Positions 20,001-31,399 of a stretch of DNA of 54,763 nt are shown here, in pieces. Each line of letters opens with the position of its first letter. Position 1 is the first letter of the stretch. Source of the DNA: Candidatus Omnitrophota bacterium (GTDB taxonomy: Bacteria; Omnitrophota; Gorgyraeia; Duberdicusellales; Duberdicusellaceae). Below the pieces are notes generated by a model. It saw only the letters and a list, made by a program, of their open reading frames with translations, was not told where the DNA came from and made no database searches. A program made the translations under genes and the position numbers. Location of the stretch: positions 1-54,763 of the forward strand of contig JAGGWS010000057.1 of the NCBI GenBank assembly GCA_021163425.1, written 5' to 3'.

Positions 20001-20998
20001 TTGAAGGAAGGGTCCGCTATGAAGATTTAATAGATGGAGTAACTGTCCAGGAAGAACTTAACTTGGCTACCAATAGGAAGGAGAGAGTAGTAATAGAATT
20101 TAAAGGCGATTATCATCCTCAGATAGTAATAGTTTCTGAGAAAGATGAAGTTTTGGGAATTTATCCTATTCCTTCAGGAGCTCATGTTATGGTTGAAGAT
20201 TCTTCTCAAGTATCTGCAGGAGACATTTTAGCTAAGATTCCCCGGTTGATTGTTAAGACCAGAGATATTACTGGAGGTTTGCCCCGGGTAGCTGAATTAT
20301 TTGAAGGTCGTCGACCTAAAAATCCAGCTATAGTAAGTGAAATAGAAGGCTTTGTAGAATTTACTCAGGGTAAAGGAGGAGAAAGAAAAATAATTGTGCG
20401 TTCTCCTACGGGTATGGAGAGAGAATATACTATTCCTTCGGGAAAACATCCGATAGTCTACAGAGGAGATAGGGTTGTAGCCGGGCAGCAACTAACTGAC
20501 GGCCCAATAGTTTTACAGGATATCTTGAGAGTTTGTGGAGACAAGGTTCTTCAGGAGTACTTAGTAAATGAGATCCAGGAGGTTTATCGACTTCAGGGAG
20601 TAAGGATTAATGATAAACATATAGAGTTAATAATAAGAGAAATGCTTAAGAAAGTGAGGATAATTGATCCTGGAGATACGGAGTTTTTGCCTTCGCAAGC
20701 TGTGGATAAGTGGGACTTCCATAAAGAAAATGAACGAGTAATTAAGAAGGGAGGAAAGCCAGCCTCAGCAGCCCCTCTTCTTTTAGGAATTACTAAAGCT
20801 TCTTTAGCTACCAAGAGTTTTATTTCGGCAGCCAGCTTTCAGGAGACTACCCGGGTATTGACTGAAGCTTCAGCTTCAGGTAAAGTAGATGAACTCACTG
20901 GTCTTAAAGAAAATGTAATTGTCGGGCACCTTATTCCTGCAGGAACGGGGTTTTATGCTCATAGAGAGGTAGAGCTAAAGATTAATAAAAAGGATTAA
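17024..20998 (+). CDS. rpoC: RNA polymerase beta' subunit
   Basis: Zn finger, [17 protein letters not shown] with SBHM insertion, SAASFQETT. Confidence 0.99.
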   Translation: MEVLGFDRITLRIASPQVIRSWSSGEVKKAETLNYRTLRPEKDGLFCERIFGPVKDWECNCGKFKGIKFKGMKCDRCGVEITHSSVRRRRMGHIELASPCTHIWFFKVIPSRLATLLDMNLRDLEKVIYYEQYIVIDPQDTPLRKKQLLSEEELYRLKKEYRENFKVDIGGSAIRELLKELDLNKICKKLRKEYEENKNQVSGKKILKRLKIIEDFRRSGNKPEWMVLEVIPVIPPDLRPLVPLEGGRFASSDLNDLYRRVINRNNRLKKLIKLGAPDVIIRNEKRMLQEAVDALFENGRHGRAVLGSNNRPLKSLSDMLKGKQGRFRQNLLGKRVDYSGRSVIVVGPELKFYECGLPKQIALELFEPFIIKKLKEKGFVHTIKGARRMVERARVEVWDILEDVIKEHPVLLNRAPTLHRLSIQAFYPKLVEGKAIKLHPLVCPPFNADFDGDQMAVHLPLSLEAQAEAKVIMLSANNIFSPADGRPIVAPTQDIILGLRYLTLIKKDAKGEGITFPDLDSVITAHQDEEVELQAKIKVRIREGEASKIIETTPGRVIFNQVLPENFGFVNEVLNKKKVTELIKDCYKRFGHHRTIQLLDNLKDLGFEYATLGGISISVDDLKVPPQKQDCLEEALKEVSKVENQYNRGIITERERHNKIIDIWTRTTDRVSDFVFRNLDDFNPVFMMADSGARGSKLQIRQLAGMRGLMAKPSGEIIETPIISNFREGLSVLEYFISTHGARKGLADTALKTADAGYLTRRLVDVAQEVIVVEEDCGTVNGITLSAIVEGDEVVVSLKERIVGRVALDNIVDIVTDEVIVKAGEEITEEKAEKIEELGIEKIKIRSVLTCESERGVCQKCYGRNLATGRMVELGEAVGIIAAQSIGEPGTQLTMRTFHIGGTASRVAERSFIKAKETGRIKYHNLKLAEKKEGFVVLNRNGLIAICDEQGREIQKNPIPQGSLILYPEGEIVGKDKIFVRWDPYSIPILSEVEGRVRYEDLIDGVTVQEELNLATNRKERVVIEFKGDYHPQIVIVSEKDEVLGIYPIPSGAHVMVEDSSQVSAGDILAKIPRLIVKTRDITGGLPRVAELFEGRRPKNPAIVSEIEGFVEFTQGKGGERKIIVRSPTGMEREYTIPSGKHPIVYRGDRVVAGQQLTDGPIVLQDILRVCGDKVLQEYLVNEIQEVYRLQGVRINDKHIELIIREMLKKVRIIDPGDTEFLPSQAVDKWDFHKENERVIKKGGKPASAAPLLLGITKASLATKSFISAASFQETTRVLTEASASGKVDELTGLKENVIVGHLIPAGTGFYAHREVELKINKKD

Positions 20999-20999
20999 T

Positions 21000-21371
21000 A
21001 TGCCTACTATTGCTCAATTATTAAGAAAACCTAGAGTTCCTAAAAAGAAGAAGAGTAAGTCTCCAGCTTTAATGAATTGTCCTCAGAGGAGGGGAGTTTG
21101 CATCCAGGTAAGAACTATGACTCCTAAAAAACCTAATTCGGCCTTAAGAAAGGTAGCCCGGGTAAGACTTACTACCAGTAGGGAAGTTACTGCTTACATT
21201 CCTGGAGAAGGCCATAATCTTCAAGAGCATTCTATAGTTTTAGTAAGAGGAGGAAGAGTTAAAGATTTGCCGGGAGTTAAATACCATATTATCCGGGGTA
21301 CATTAGACAGTCAGGGCGTAGCCGATAGAAAAAGGTCGCGTTCTAAATACGGAGCTAAGAGACCTAAATAA
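21000..21371 (+). CDS. rpsL: 30S ribosomal protein S12
   Basis: [19 protein letters not shown]. Confidence 0.99.
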   Translation: MPTIAQLLRKPRVPKKKKSKSPALMNCPQRRGVCIQVRTMTPKKPNSALRKVARVRLTTSREVTAYIPGEGHNLQEHSIVLVRGGRVKDLPGVKYHIIRGTLDSQGVADRKRSRSKYGAKRPK

Positions 21372-21372
21372 G

Positions 21373-21840
21373 ATGAGAAGGAGAAGGGCAGAAAAAAGAA
21401 GACCTCAACCTGATCCGGTCTTTAATTCACCGGTGGTAGGCAAGTTTATAAATACAATTATGCGGGAAGGGAAAAAATCTAAAGCTTGTAAGATAGTCTA
21501 TAATTCTTTAAATATTTTAAAGGGAAAATTCAATGACGACCCTCTGAAAATATTTTATAAGGCTTTAGATAATGCTCGACCTCGCTTGGTAGTAAAGCCC
21601 CGAAGAATAGGAGGGGCTACTTATCAAGTTCCGGTAGAAGTGGATAAAGAAAAAGGTATTTCTATTGCTATGCACTGGATAAGAGATTTTGCCCGGGCTA
21701 AAAAAGGAAAGCCTATGGAAGTTAAATTAGCTGAAGAACTGGCTAATGCTTATAATAATGAAGGGCCGGTAATTAAAAAGAGGGATGATACTCATAAGAT
21801 GGCCGAAGCAAATAGAGCTTTTGCTCATTTTAGGTTTTAG
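21373..21840 (+). CDS. rpsG: 30S ribosomal protein S7
   Basis: RRIGGATYQVP, HKMAEANRAFAHF. Confidence 0.99.
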   Translation: MRRRRAEKRRPQPDPVFNSPVVGKFINTIMREGKKSKACKIVYNSLNILKGKFNDDPLKIFYKALDNARPRLVVKPRRIGGATYQVPVEVDKEKGISIAMHWIRDFARAKKGKPMEVKLAEELANAYNNEGPVIKKRDDTHKMAEANRAFAHFRF

Positions 21841-21854
21841 TCTTTAGAGTATAG

Positions 21855-23942
21855 ATGCAGGCAGTTATTGTAAGAGGAATGAAAGAAGATATTAAGAGAC
21901 TTCAAGCTATAAGGAATATAGGTTTTATAGCCCATATTGATGCTGGTAAAACCACTACTACTGAAAGAGTTCTTTTCTATACAGGAAGAGTCCACAGGAT
22001 AGGTGAGGTAGATGAGGGCACAGCTACTACTGACTGGATGCCTCAGGAAAAAGAAAGAGGTATAACTATAACTTCAGCAGCTACTTACTGTAAGTGGGGT
22101 AATTACCGGATTAATATAATTGATACTCCCGGCCATGTAGATTTTACTGCTGAAGTAGAGCGCTCTTTAAAAGTTTTAGATGGAGCAATAGTAATTCTTT
22201 GTGCTCAGGGTGGAGTTGAACCTCAGTCCGAAACTGTCTGGAGACAGGCAGATAAATATGAGGTTCCCCGGATAGTTTTTGTTAATAAAATGGATAAGGT
22301 AGGCGCAGACCTATTTAATTGTGAAAGAGAAATTGGAGAAAAATTAGGAGCAATACCTTTAGTTATGCAATTGCCTATATATAAAGATGATCAATTTGTA
22401 GGGGTCATAGATTTATTAAAAGAAAAAACTGTCTACTACGAAGATGAAGCAGGTATTGGGTATTCTTACCGGGAAATCCCCGGAGATTTAATTAGTTTGG
22501 CTAAAGAGTATAGGGAGAAGATGATTGAGAAACTTTCCGAAAGAGATGACTCAGTAATGGAAAGATTTATAGAAGGAAAACAGATTCCTGAAGCTAAACT
22601 TATTGATTCAATAAGAAAATTAACTTTGTCTCGCCAGATTTTCCCTGTTTTTTGTGGTTCAGCATTAAAGAATAAAGGAATTCAACTTCTTTTGGATGGG
22701 ATATGCAGGTATCTCCCTTCACCTTTAGATAAGCCTTTAGTCTCTGTGTTTGATCAAGAGGGGAATAAAAGAGAAATAGAGATAATTAAAAGTTCTTTTT
22801 TTTGTGGTCTTTGTTTTAAGGTAGCTATTGACCCTTACGTGGGAAAATTAAATTATGTAAGGATTTATTCAGGAAAGATAGAATCAGGCAGTTATCTTTA
22901 TAATTCTACAAAAAAAATAAGAGAGAGGGTGAATAAGATAGTGAGGATGCATGCTAATAAGCAAGAATTAATAGAAAAAGCTTTTAGTGGAGAAATAGTT
23001 TGTTTAGCAGGCCTTAAAGATACTACTACCGGCGATACTTTATGTGAGGAGGGCAAAACTCTTTTATTAGAAAAGATTCATTTCCCTGAACCAGTTATTT
23101 CTCAGGCTATTGAACCAGTTTTTCGAAAAGACCAGGATAAATTGAGTTTAGCCTTAGCGAAATTAGCTGAGGAGGACCCTACTTTCAGGGTTTTTTATAA
23201 TTCTGAGACTGGTCAAACCATAATTTCCGGTATGGGTAAACTCCATTTAGAGATAGCTGTAGATAAGCTTAAGAGATTTTTCGGGATAGAAACATCTGTG
23301 GGTAAGCCTCAAGTAGCCTTTCGGGAGACAATTACTAAAAAGGTAGTTGCTAAGGGAGAGTTTATCCAGCAAACTGGAGGTAAAGGACATTTTGCCCGGG
23401 TAATCTTATCTCTCCAGCCTCAGGATAGCTTAGGGATTGATTTCGAGAGTAAGATAAAAGGTGGGGTAATCCCTCAGAATTTTATCCCTGCTGTTAAAAA
23501 AGGGGTAGAAGAAGCTTCTTTAAGCGGAGTTTTAGGGGGGTATCCGGTGACTAACCTTAAAGTTACTCTTATTGATGGAGCTTATCATGAAGTTGATTCT
23601 TCAGATTTAGACTTTCAAGTTGCTGGTAATATTGCTTTTACTGAAGGACTTAAACAGGCAAATCCTGTGCTTTTAGAACCTATAATGAAGTTAGAGGTAT
23701 TAGTAGCCTTGGAATATTTGAGTCCAGTATTAGGAGATTTAAATTCTAAGAGAGCAAAGATTATTTCTATAAAGGATAAAGCTAATGTGAAACTTATCCA
23801 GGCTTACATTCCTTTAAGAGAAGTTTTTGATTATGCTGATAATTTAAGAAATCTTACTCAGGGAAGAGGTTCTTATTCTATGGAGCCAGCTTTTTACGAG
23901 AGAGTACCTGAAGAAATTTTACATAGAGTTTTAGGAGTTTAA
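21855..23942 (+). CDS. fusA: Elongation factor G, str-operon copy, somewhat divergent
   Basis: [35 protein letters not shown]; alternative start ATG 21879. Confidence 0.95.
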   Translation: MQAVIVRGMKEDIKRLQAIRNIGFIAHIDAGKTTTTERVLFYTGRVHRIGEVDEGTATTDWMPQEKERGITITSAATYCKWGNYRINIIDTPGHVDFTAEVERSLKVLDGAIVILCAQGGVEPQSETVWRQADKYEVPRIVFVNKMDKVGADLFNCEREIGEKLGAIPLVMQLPIYKDDQFVGVIDLLKEKTVYYEDEAGIGYSYREIPGDLISLAKEYREKMIEKLSERDDSVMERFIEGKQIPEAKLIDSIRKLTLSRQIFPVFCGSALKNKGIQLLLDGICRYLPSPLDKPLVSVFDQEGNKREIEIIKSSFFCGLCFKVAIDPYVGKLNYVRIYSGKIESGSYLYNSTKKIRERVNKIVRMHANKQELIEKAFSGEIVCLAGLKDTTTGDTLCEEGKTLLLEKIHFPEPVISQAIEPVFRKDQDKLSLALAKLAEEDPTFRVFYNSETGQTIISGMGKLHLEIAVDKLKRFFGIETSVGKPQVAFRETITKKVVAKGEFIQQTGGKGHFARVILSLQPQDSLGIDFESKIKGGVIPQNFIPAVKKGVEEASLSGVLGGYPVTNLKVTLIDGAYHEVDSSDLDFQVAGNIAFTEGLKQANPVLLEPIMKLEVLVALEYLSPVLGDLNSKRAKIISIKDKANVKLIQAYIPLREVFDYADNLRNLTQGRGSYSMEPAFYERVPEEILHRVLGV

Positions 23943-23995
23943 ATGAAGATTTTTCAAATGAAAAAGGTGTTGGCCAAAAAAAAAGGAGGTGGGAT

Positions 23996-25198
23996 ATGGC
24001 CAAAGAGAAATTTGTCCGGAGCAAGCCCCATATCAATATCGGCACCATTGGACACGTAGACCATGGCAAGACCACGCTTACTTCAGCTATAACTAAATTT
24101 TTAGCAGCCAAAGGAAGAGCTCAGGCTTTGAAGTATGAGGACATTGATAAAGCTCCTGAAGAGAAGGAAAGAGGATTAACTATTAATATTGCCCATGTAG
24201 AATACGAAACTGATGCCCGACATTATGCTCATATTGATTGTCCTGGACACGCTGACTACATTAAAAATATGATTACCGGTGCTGCTCAGATGGATGGGTC
24301 TATTTTGGTAGTAGCTGCTGATGATGGTCCTATGCCTCAAACCCGGGAACATATTCTTTTGGCTCGTCAGGTTAATGTTCCAGCTATTGTGGTGTTTATT
24401 AATAAGGTGGATTTGGTAGATGACCCTGAACTTATTAATTTGGTAGAATTGGAAGTAAGAGATCTCCTTTCTAAATACGAGTTTCCCGGAGATAAGATTC
24501 CGGTGATTAAGGGTTCAGCTTTAAAGGCTATGGAATGTGGCTGTGGAAAAGACGACTGCCCCAATTGTAAACCTATAGCTGAACTTATGAAAGCAGTTGA
24601 CGAGTATATTCCTGAGCCTAAGAGAGATGTGGATAAGCCTTTTCTTATGGCAGTTGAAGATGTATTTTCCATTTCGGGAAGAGGGACTGTGGGTACAGGA
24701 AGAATAGAGAGAGGCAAAGTTAAACTCAATGACGAAGTAGAAATTGTAGGGATGCGTCCAGAGACTCGTAAGACCGTGGTTACAGGGATAGAAATGTTTA
24801 GAAAGACTCTTGATGAAGGAATAGCTGGAGACAATGTAGGGTTACTTTTCAGAGGTGTGGAAAAGGAAGATTTAGAGAGAGGTATGGTTATAGCTGCCCC
24901 TGGTTCAATTACTCCCCATACTAAATTTAAAGCTCAGGTCTATGCTTTGAAAAAGGAAGAAGGTGGAAGACATACTCCTTTCTTTACTGGTTATAGACCA
25001 CAATTCTATTTTAGAACTACTGATGTTACCGGAACCGTTACGCTTCCTCAGGGTGTGGAAATGGTTATGCCTGGAGATAATGTGGAATTAACTGTGGAAC
25101 TTATTCAGCCGGTAGCTTTGGAGAAAGAATTAAGGTTTGCTATTCGAGAGGGTGGCCGAACTGTAGGAGCAGGTGTAGTAACTGAGGTAATAGAATAG
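23996..25198 (+). CDS. tuf: Elongation factor Tu
   Basis: [34 protein letters not shown]; strong AGGAGGT SD. Confidence 0.99.
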   Translation: MAKEKFVRSKPHINIGTIGHVDHGKTTLTSAITKFLAAKGRAQALKYEDIDKAPEEKERGLTINIAHVEYETDARHYAHIDCPGHADYIKNMITGAAQMDGSILVVAADDGPMPQTREHILLARQVNVPAIVVFINKVDLVDDPELINLVELEVRDLLSKYEFPGDKIPVIKGSALKAMECGCGKDDCPNCKPIAELMKAVDEYIPEPKRDVDKPFLMAVEDVFSISGRGTVGTGRIERGKVKLNDEVEIVGMRPETRKTVVTGIEMFRKTLDEGIAGDNVGLLFRGVEKEDLERGMVIAAPGSITPHTKFKAQVYALKKEEGGRHTPFFTGYRPQFYFRTTDVTGTVTLPQGVEMVMPGDNVELTVELIQPVALEKELRFAIREGGRTVGAGVVTEVIE

Positions 25199-25217
25199 AG
25201 AGAGCCGGTATTGGGAA

Positions 25218-25282
25218 TTCAGAAAAAGGTTAGATTTAAAAGAGGGATAATTTTATCTCTTTCTAAAAAGAATTATTCTGAA
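25218..25282 (+). promoter_or_regulatory. Long imperfect hairpin in the rpsJ leader
   Basis: Nested pairs TTCAGAA/TTCTGAA, TTAGA/TCTAA and AAAGAG(G)GATA/TATCTCTTT. Confidence 0.45.
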
Positions 25283-25286
25283 AAAA

Positions 25287-25595
25287 ATGGAAAAGATAAG
25301 GATTAAATTGAAAGCTTATGACCATAGATTGCTGGATCAGTCTACCCAGGAGATTGTAGAGACAATTTTAAAGACAGGAGCAAAAGTTTCCGGGCCTATC
25401 CCTCTTCCTACTAAGAAGAAGATTTACACAGTTCTGCGTTCACCGCATATAGATAAAAAATCCCGGGAGCAGTTTATGTTAGCTATTCATAAAAGAGTTT
25501 TAGAGTTAATTGAACCAACACCCAAGACAGTAGAAGCTTTGAGAAAGCTTAATTTACCTGCAGGAGTAAATGTAGAGATAATTCAAAAAGTTTAA
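25287..25595 (+). CDS. rpsJ: 30S ribosomal protein S10
   Basis: [30 protein letters not shown]. Confidence 0.99.
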   Translation: MEKIRIKLKAYDHRLLDQSTQEIVETILKTGAKVSGPIPLPTKKKIYTVLRSPHIDKKSREQFMLAIHKRVLELIEPTPKTVEALRKLNLPAGVNVEIIQKV

Positions 25596-25610
25596 CAAAA
25601 TTTTTAAATT

Positions 25611-26249
25611 ATGATAAGAGAGATTTGGGGAAGAAAAATAGGGATGACTCAGATTTTTTCTCAGCAGGGAGATTTGGTCGCTGTAACTCTAATAGAGGTG
25701 GGACCTTGTCGAGTCTTAGAAATCAAGAGAGTTAATAACAAAGAGAAAGTAGTGATCGGTTATAAAGAAGTTCAGAAAAGCCGACAGAAAAAGAAGCCTC
25801 AGGAAGGGTATTTTAAAAAATTGAATCAACCTTACTTTAAATATGTTAAAGAAAGTGAGAAGTTAGAAGGAGCAGAGTTAGCCTGTGGCCAGGATTTGGG
25901 AGCAGAGATTTTTTCTGAGAATGAGAGTGTGGATATTAGAGGAGTCTCTATTGGTAAAGGTTTTCAGGGTGGTATGAAGCGTTATAACTGGAGTGGTCAG
26001 CCTGCTTCTCATGGTTCGATGACCCATAGACGGATTGGGTCAGCTGGAGCTTCTACTTATCCGGGAAGGATAGTAAAAGGACACCCTATGCCCGGGCATC
26101 TGGGCAATAGCCAAGTTACTGTAAAAAATCTTAAAGTTTTAAAAATAGATAAAGAGAGAAATTTAGTTTTTATAAAAGGGAGTTGCCCGGGTTCAAAAAA
26201 TAGCCTGGTAATTATAAGGAAGAAAAATGGAGTATCCTCTACTAAGTAA
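25611..26249 (+). CDS. rplC: 50S ribosomal protein L3
   Basis: GRKIGMTQIF, GKGFQGGMKR, SHGS..HRRIGS. Confidence 0.98.
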   Translation: MIREIWGRKIGMTQIFSQQGDLVAVTLIEVGPCRVLEIKRVNNKEKVVIGYKEVQKSRQKKKPQEGYFKKLNQPYFKYVKESEKLEGAELACGQDLGAEIFSENESVDIRGVSIGKGFQGGMKRYNWSGQPASHGSMTHRRIGSAGASTYPGRIVKGHPMPGHLGNSQVTVKNLKVLKIDKERNLVFIKGSCPGSKNSLVIIRKKNGVSSTK

Positions 26250-26859
26250 AGAAGGTAAAAATTTAAGAAAGATAAGACTCAATCCTCAAGTTTTTGATGG
26301 GAAGGTTAATTTAGCTTTATTAGCTCAGGCTGTCTATTGTTATTTGAATAATCTACACTCAGTTAGGAAAGCTTCTGCTAAAACTCGGGCTGAGGTTAAA
26401 GGAAGCCGAGCAAAGCCCTGGAGACAAAAAGGTACAGGAAGAGCCCGGGTTGGAGATATTCGCAATCCTTTATGGCGAAAAGGAGGTGTTGTTTTTGGGC
26501 CTAAACCCCGTTATGTCTATAAAAACATTCCTAAGAAGATGAAGGTTCAGGCTTTAAAGTCCGCTTTAAATGCTAAATTTAAAGATAACGAACTTTTTAT
26601 CTTAGAAGATTTAAAGGTTAATTCTAAAAAGACTAAGGATTTCTTAAAAATTATAAAAGCTTTAAATCTGAATAAAAGAAGTTTATTCGTAGACGAGAAT
26701 TTTTCTCCAGAAGCATTACTTTCAGTTAAAAACTTAAAAAATATAGAATTAGCCAGAGCTCAAGATTTAAATGCCTATCAGGTTTTAAATTATAAGAATC
26801 TAATATTAACTCTTAATTCTTTAAAAGTCTTAGAAGAAAGAATTATTAAAAGAAATTAA
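26227..26859 (+). CDS. rplD: 50S ribosomal protein L4
   Basis: KPWRQKGTGRAR, GGVVFGPKPR. Confidence 0.98.
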   Translation: MEYPLLSKEGKNLRKIRLNPQVFDGKVNLALLAQAVYCYLNNLHSVRKASAKTRAEVKGSRAKPWRQKGTGRARVGDIRNPLWRKGGVVFGPKPRYVYKNIPKKMKVQALKSALNAKFKDNELFILEDLKVNSKKTKDFLKIIKALNLNKRSLFVDENFSPEALLSVKNLKNIELARAQDLNAYQVLNYKNLILTLNSLKVLEERIIKRN

Positions 26860-26860
26860 G

Positions 26861-27139
26861 ATGAAAGACCCTTACTTAGTTGTAAAATCACCTTTACTTA
26901 CTGAGAGGTTGAATAGACTTCAACCTCAGAATATATATGGTTTCTGGGTGGATAAAAATGCTAATAAAATAGAGGTAAAATATGCTATAGAAAAGATTTA
27001 TAATGTCAAAGTAGTTAAAGTGAATATTATAAATATGCCTCCTAAAAGGAGAAGATTAAGGTTTAAAGAAGGGCATACTGCCTTTTGGAAAAAGGCTATA
27101 GTTAGAATTAAAGAAGGACAGACTATAAATATAGGATAA
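26861..27139 (+). CDS. rplW: 50S ribosomal protein L23
   Basis: PLLTE, ANKIEVKYAIEKIYNVKV, WKKAIV. Confidence 0.97.
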   Translation: MKDPYLVVKSPLLTERLNRLQPQNIYGFWVDKNANKIEVKYAIEKIYNVKVVKVNIINMPPKRRRLRFKEGHTAFWKKAIVRIKEGQTINIG

Positions 27140-27151
27140 ATAGGAAAAGAT

Positions 27152-28000
27152 ATGGGAGTGAAGAAGTTAAAACCAGTTACACCTTCTATGCGGTTTGCAG
27201 TAATTTCTGATTTTAAGGAGATTACCAAAAAAAAACCAGAAAAATCTTTAGTTACTACTCTTAAGAAGACAGGAGGAAGGAATAATCAGGGCAGAATTAC
27301 TGTTCGCCGGAGAGGAGGGGGTCATAAGCGGAAGTATAGAATAGTAGATTTTAAGAGAGATAAATTTGACGTTTTAGCTAAAGTTTTAGCTATAGAATAT
27401 GATCCTAATCGGAGTGCCCGTTTAGCTCTCTTAGAGTATCCGGATAGAGAGAAAAGATATATTATTTGGCCCAAGGACTTAAAGGTTTCTGATACAGTAG
27501 TAAGTGCTAAAGATTATCAGGCTGAGATTAAACCAGGAAATTCGATGAAGTTAAAGTATATACCCTTAGGAACTTTGATTCATAATATAGAATTAGAGCC
27601 GGGAAAAGGTGGGATCTTAGTGCGTTCAGCAGGAGGCTGGGCTCAAGTTTTGGCTAAAGAAAAAGGTTATGCTCAACTGAGATTACCTTCAGGAGAGATA
27701 AGGCTTATAAATTTAGAATGTAGAGCTACTATTGGGCAAGTAGGAAATGTAGAGCGCGCTTCTTTAAGTTTAGGAAAGGCGGGTAGAAAGCGCTGGTTAG
27801 GAAGAAGACCAGGAGTAAGGGGGGTAGCTATGAACCCTGTTGACCATCCTCATGGGGGAGGAGAGGGAAAGGCCGGACAGGGCAATCCTCACCCGGTTAC
27901 TCCTTGGGGAAAACCTACTAAAGGAGGAAAAACCCGCAAACCTAAGAAGAAGAGTGATAAATTTATTATTAAGAGAAGAGTTAAGAAAAAGAAAGGTTAA
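27152..28000 (+). CDS. rplB: 50S ribosomal protein L2
   Basis: [31 protein letters not shown]. Confidence 0.99.
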   Translation: MGVKKLKPVTPSMRFAVISDFKEITKKKPEKSLVTTLKKTGGRNNQGRITVRRRGGGHKRKYRIVDFKRDKFDVLAKVLAIEYDPNRSARLALLEYPDREKRYIIWPKDLKVSDTVVSAKDYQAEIKPGNSMKLKYIPLGTLIHNIELEPGKGGILVRSAGGWAQVLAKEKGYAQLRLPSGEIRLINLECRATIGQVGNVERASLSLGKAGRKRWLGRRPGVRGVAMNPVDHPHGGGEGKAGQGNPHPVTPWGKPTKGGKTRKPKKKSDKFIIKRRVKKKKG

Positions 28001-28002
28001 AA

Positions 28003-28290
28003 ATGGGCAGGTCATTAAAGAAAGGTCCTTTTGTCGACTCTAAACTTTTTAAAAAAGCAAAATTAGCTAAAGAAAAAGGCTTAAGGACTCCCATTAAGAC
28101 TTGGTCCAGGGCTTCTATAATTGTACCTGAATTTGTCGGTCTTACTTTTGCTGTTCACGACGGAAGAAAGCATATGCCGGTATTTATAACCGAAGCAATG
28201 GTTGGGCATAGATTAGGAGAGTTTGTGCCTACTCGTACTTTTCGTCAGCACGGAGGCATAAAAGCTAAGAAAGCTCCTGAGAAGAAATGA
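28003..28290 (+). CDS. rpsS: 30S ribosomal protein S19
   Basis: [24 protein letters not shown]. Confidence 0.99.
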   Translation: MGRSLKKGPFVDSKLFKKAKLAKEKGLRTPIKTWSRASIIVPEFVGLTFAVHDGRKHMPVFITEAMVGHRLGEFVPTRTFRQHGGIKAKKAPEKK

Positions 28291-28631
28291 TAGCTAAAGC
28301 CAAACTCAGATATTTAAGGATTTCTCCAGGTAAGGTTAATCAGGTAGCCCGATTAATCCGGGGTAAATCTGTAAGTTATTCTTTGGCTTTACTTTCTCAT
28401 CTTAAGAAAAGGCCGGCACACTCTTTACTTAAACTTCTTAATTCAGCCTTGAGTAATGCCCGTAATTCAGGTCAAGTTTCTCAAGATTTAGATAATATTT
28501 ACGTATCTAAGTTGATAGTAAACGAGGGACCTACTCTTAAAAGATATAGAGCTGCTCCTTTTGGAAGAGCGGTTATGATAAGAAAGAGAACTTCTCATAT
28601 AGAATTAGAATTAGACTTAAGACTAAAGTAA
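28287..28631 (+). CDS. rplV: 50S ribosomal protein L22
   Basis: [22 protein letters not shown]. Confidence 0.98.
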   Translation: MIAKAKLRYLRISPGKVNQVARLIRGKSVSYSLALLSHLKKRPAHSLLKLLNSALSNARNSGQVSQDLDNIYVSKLIVNEGPTLKRYRAAPFGRAVMIRKRTSHIELELDLRLK

Positions 28632-28640
28632 AGGAGAGTT

Positions 28641-29306
28641 ATGGGTCAGAAAGTTTGCCCTTATGTTTTAAGGATAGGTTTTAGAAAGACCTGGCAGTCT
28701 TTGTGGTTTACTCAAAAGAAGAAAGAGTTTGCTTCATTTTTAGAAGAGGACATAAAGATAAGAGAGTTAATTAAGAAAAATTATCCTGAAGGTTCTATTG
28801 CTAAAATTTTGATAGAAAGAGTATCTCCTCAGGCTATAAGAATAAGGGTAAAGACTTCTCGTCCAGGGATGATAATTGGTAGGCGAGGACAAGACATAGA
28901 GAGGGTGAAATCAGAAATATCAGAGCTAACTAACAAAGAAGTGTTTGTGGAAGTAGAAGAGGTCTTAACTCCCCAGGTAGAAGCTCAACTTATAGCTGAA
29001 TTAGTAGCTTTTCAGATTGTTAAAAGAGTTAATTTTCGTCGGGCAATGAAGAGAGCTATAGCTTCAGCTTTAGCTGAGGGATGCGGGGGGATAAAAATAA
29101 GGTGTTCAGGAAGATTGGGAGGATTAGAGATTGCCCGTTCTGAGGTTTACAAACAAGGAAAGATACCTTTACAGACTTTTCGCTCGGATATAGATTATGG
29201 GTTTGCTGAAGCTAAGACTACCTATGGGAAAATTGGAGTAAAGGTTTGGGTTTATAAAGGAGAGGCTCAGTTAGGTAGTTATCTTATAAAGGAAGAAGAA
29301 GCTTAA
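28641..29306 (+). CDS. rpsC: 30S ribosomal protein S3
   Basis: MGQKV, RPGMIIG, SGRLGG.EIAR, PLQTFRSDIDY. Confidence 0.98.
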   Translation: MGQKVCPYVLRIGFRKTWQSLWFTQKKKEFASFLEEDIKIRELIKKNYPEGSIAKILIERVSPQAIRIRVKTSRPGMIIGRRGQDIERVKSEISELTNKEVFVEVEEVLTPQVEAQLIAELVAFQIVKRVNFRRAMKRAIASALAEGCGGIKIRCSGRLGGLEIARSEVYKQGKIPLQTFRSDIDYGFAEAKTTYGKIGVKVWVYKGEAQLGSYLIKEEEA

Positions 29307-29321
29307 AAGAAGAAAATAATT

Positions 29322-29729
29322 ATGCCTTTTATACCCAGTAGAGTAAAGTATAGAAAAGCTCAAAGAGGCAGAAGAAAGGGGTTAGCAGTAAGCGGTTCTA
29401 GAGTGAGTTTTGGAGAATATGGATTAAAGGCTTTAGGTTGTGGAACTATTACTAACAAGCAGTTAGAGATGATAAGAATTATTATGAGTAGAGCCTTAAG
29501 AAAAGGTGGTAAATTCTGGATAAGAATATTTTCTGATAAGCCAGTTACTAAAAAACCCGCTGAAACCAGGATGGGTAAAGGCAAAGGCGATGTAGATTGT
29601 TGGGAAGCTAAAGTAAGGAGGGGGAAAGTTTTATTTGAGATTGGCGGAGTGCCTCGTGATTATGCCCAGAAAGTTTTAAGAGATATAACTTATAAGCTTC
29701 CTTTTAAATGTAGATTTGTAGAAAGATGA
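29322..29729 (+). CDS. rplP: 50S ribosomal protein L16
   Basis: KYRKAQRGR, TKKPAETRMGKGKG. Confidence 0.98.
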   Translation: MPFIPSRVKYRKAQRGRRKGLAVSGSRVSFGEYGLKALGCGTITNKQLEMIRIIMSRALRKGGKFWIRIFSDKPVTKKPAETRMGKGKGDVDCWEAKVRRGKVLFEIGGVPRDYAQKVLRDITYKLPFKCRFVER

Positions 29730-29923
29730 AGCCAGAGTTTTTACGGAGTCTTTCTCGGGAAGAATTAACGGCTAAACTTAAGGAATTGAGAAAAAACCTT
29801 TTTGAGTTGAATTTTAAACGCAAATACGGCAAGGTAGAGAAACCTCATTTATTTAGAGAATACAGGAGAGATATTGCCCGAATTCTTACGGTCTTAAAGG
29901 AGAAGAAGAATGAGCCAAAATAG
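29726..29923 (+). CDS. rpmC: 50S ribosomal protein L29
   Basis: [15 protein letters not shown]; synteny. Confidence 0.96.
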   Translation: MKPEFLRSLSREELTAKLKELRKNLFELNFKRKYGKVEKPHLFREYRRDIARILTVLKEKKNEPK

Positions 29924-30167
29924 AAGAGTTTTAGAGGGGGAAGTAGTTTCTACTAAGATGAAAAAGACTATCGTGGTTAGAGTAGAAAGAATAAAAGTTC
30001 ATCCTCTTTATAAGAAGAGAATTAAAAAGCATAAGAAATTTAAAGCTCACGATGAAAGAGGAGTAGCTTCTCTGGGAGACATAGTGAGGATTAGAGAATC
30101 TAGGCCCTATTCTAAAGAAAAGCATTTTGAGCTTGTAGAGATTGTTAAGAAAACTTCAGAGAAATGA
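29910..30167 (+). CDS. rpsQ: 30S ribosomal protein S17
   Basis: [31 protein letters not shown]. Confidence 0.98.
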   Translation: MSQNRRVLEGEVVSTKMKKTIVVRVERIKVHPLYKKRIKKHKKFKAHDERGVASLGDIVRIRESRPYSKEKHFELVEIVKKTSEK

Positions 30168-30529
30168 TTTACTTAAGAAGTAGATTAAAAGTAGCTGATA
30201 ATACCGGTGCCAAGGAAGTAGCTTGTATTGGGGTTATTGGTAAGAAGAATAAAAAATACGCTGAAATTGGAGATGTAATAACCGCCAGTGTTAAACTTTC
30301 TGCAGGTGAGGGAGCAATAAAAAAAGGTGAGGTGGTGAGAGCAGTAGTGGTAAGAACCCATTTCCCTATAAAGCGGAAAGAAGGCACTGTGGTAAAATTT
30401 GACAAAAATGCCTGTGTAATTATTGATAAACAAGGTAACCCCCGGGGAACTCGGGTTTTTGGTCCAGTAGCCAGAGAGATTAGAGAGAATTTTGCCAAGA
30501 TAGTTTCTTTAGCTCCTGAGGTGGTTTAA
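30164..30529 (+). CDS. rplN: 50S ribosomal protein L14
   Basis: [26 protein letters not shown]. Confidence 0.99.
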   Translation: MIYLRSRLKVADNTGAKEVACIGVIGKKNKKYAEIGDVITASVKLSAGEGAIKKGEVVRAVVVRTHFPIKRKEGTVVKFDKNACVIIDKQGNPRGTRVFGPVAREIRENFAKIVSLAPEVV

Positions 30530-30530
30530 A

Positions 30531-30845
30531 ATGGCTTTAAGAATAAAAAAGGGAGATTTAGTAGTAGTAAGAAAGGGTAAAGATAGAGGGAAGACGGGAA
30601 GAGTTCTAAGAGTATTTCCTGGAAAGAATAGAGCTTTAGTGGAAGGAGCAAATTTAGTAAAAAAACATTTAAGAAGAAGAGGAGAGAATCAGCCTTCAGG
30701 CATAGTGGAAGTACCTTCTCCGATTAATCTTTCTAATTTAGCTTTGTGGTGTAATAACTGTAAAAGAGGAGTGAGGTTCTCGATTAAAATCTTAGAAGAT
30801 AAGAGCAAAGTAAGAATTTGTAAAAAGTGCGGGCAGGTTTTATGA
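30531..30845 (+). CDS. rplX: 50S ribosomal protein L24 with CxxC...CxxC
   Basis: [18 protein letters not shown] motif, VEGAN. Confidence 0.98.
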   Translation: MALRIKKGDLVVVRKGKDRGKTGRVLRVFPGKNRALVEGANLVKKHLRRRGENQPSGIVEVPSPINLSNLALWCNNCKRGVRFSIKILEDKSKVRICKKCGQVL

Positions 30846-31396
30846 ACAAAACTTATATACCTCGATTAAAAGAAGTTTACGAAAAAGAAGTAGTACCCAA
30901 ATTAAAGAAAAAATTTGGGTATAAAAACTCTTTAGCTTGCCCCCGTTTAGAAAAGATTGTGATAAATATGGGGGTAGGAGAAGCTAAAGAAGACCCTAAA
31001 ATTGCTGAGAAAGCTAAAAGGGATTTGTCTTTGATTACTGGACAGATGCCGAGAATTTGTAGGGCTCGTAAGGCAATATCTAACTTTAAGATTAGAAAAG
31101 GTACAATCGTAGGATGTGCAGTAACTCTGAGAAGAAAAATGATGTATGAGTTTTTAGACAGGTTTATAAATGTGGCTGTCCCCCGAATTAGAGATTTTCG
31201 GGGATTTAGTCCTAATAGTTTTGATGCTCAAGGCAATTATACTTTAGGTATTAGTGAACATACTATCTTTGTGGAGATAGAACCCGATAAGGTAGATAAG
31301 ACTTTTGGGATGGATATTACTTTAGTAACCACTGCCCGAAGTAAAGAAGAAGCCAGAGAACTTCTCAAACTTTTGGGTTTCCCTTTTAGGAGGTAA
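30842..31396 (+). CDS. rplE: 50S ribosomal protein L5
   Basis: [26 protein letters not shown]; ATGA-overlap start preferred. Confidence 0.98.
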   Translation: MNKTYIPRLKEVYEKEVVPKLKKKFGYKNSLACPRLEKIVINMGVGEAKEDPKIAEKAKRDLSLITGQMPRICRARKAISNFKIRKGTIVGCAVTLRRKMMYEFLDRFINVAVPRIRDFRGFSPNSFDAQGNYTLGISEHTIFVEIEPDKVDKTFGMDITLVTTARSKEEARELLKLLGFPFRR

Positions 31397-31399
31397 TGG

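Noticed and set aside
23975-23983. Poly-A tract as a phase-variation site before tuf
   Set aside because: A-runs are ubiquitous in this AT-rich sequence, and this one is simply an A-rich stretch before the SD
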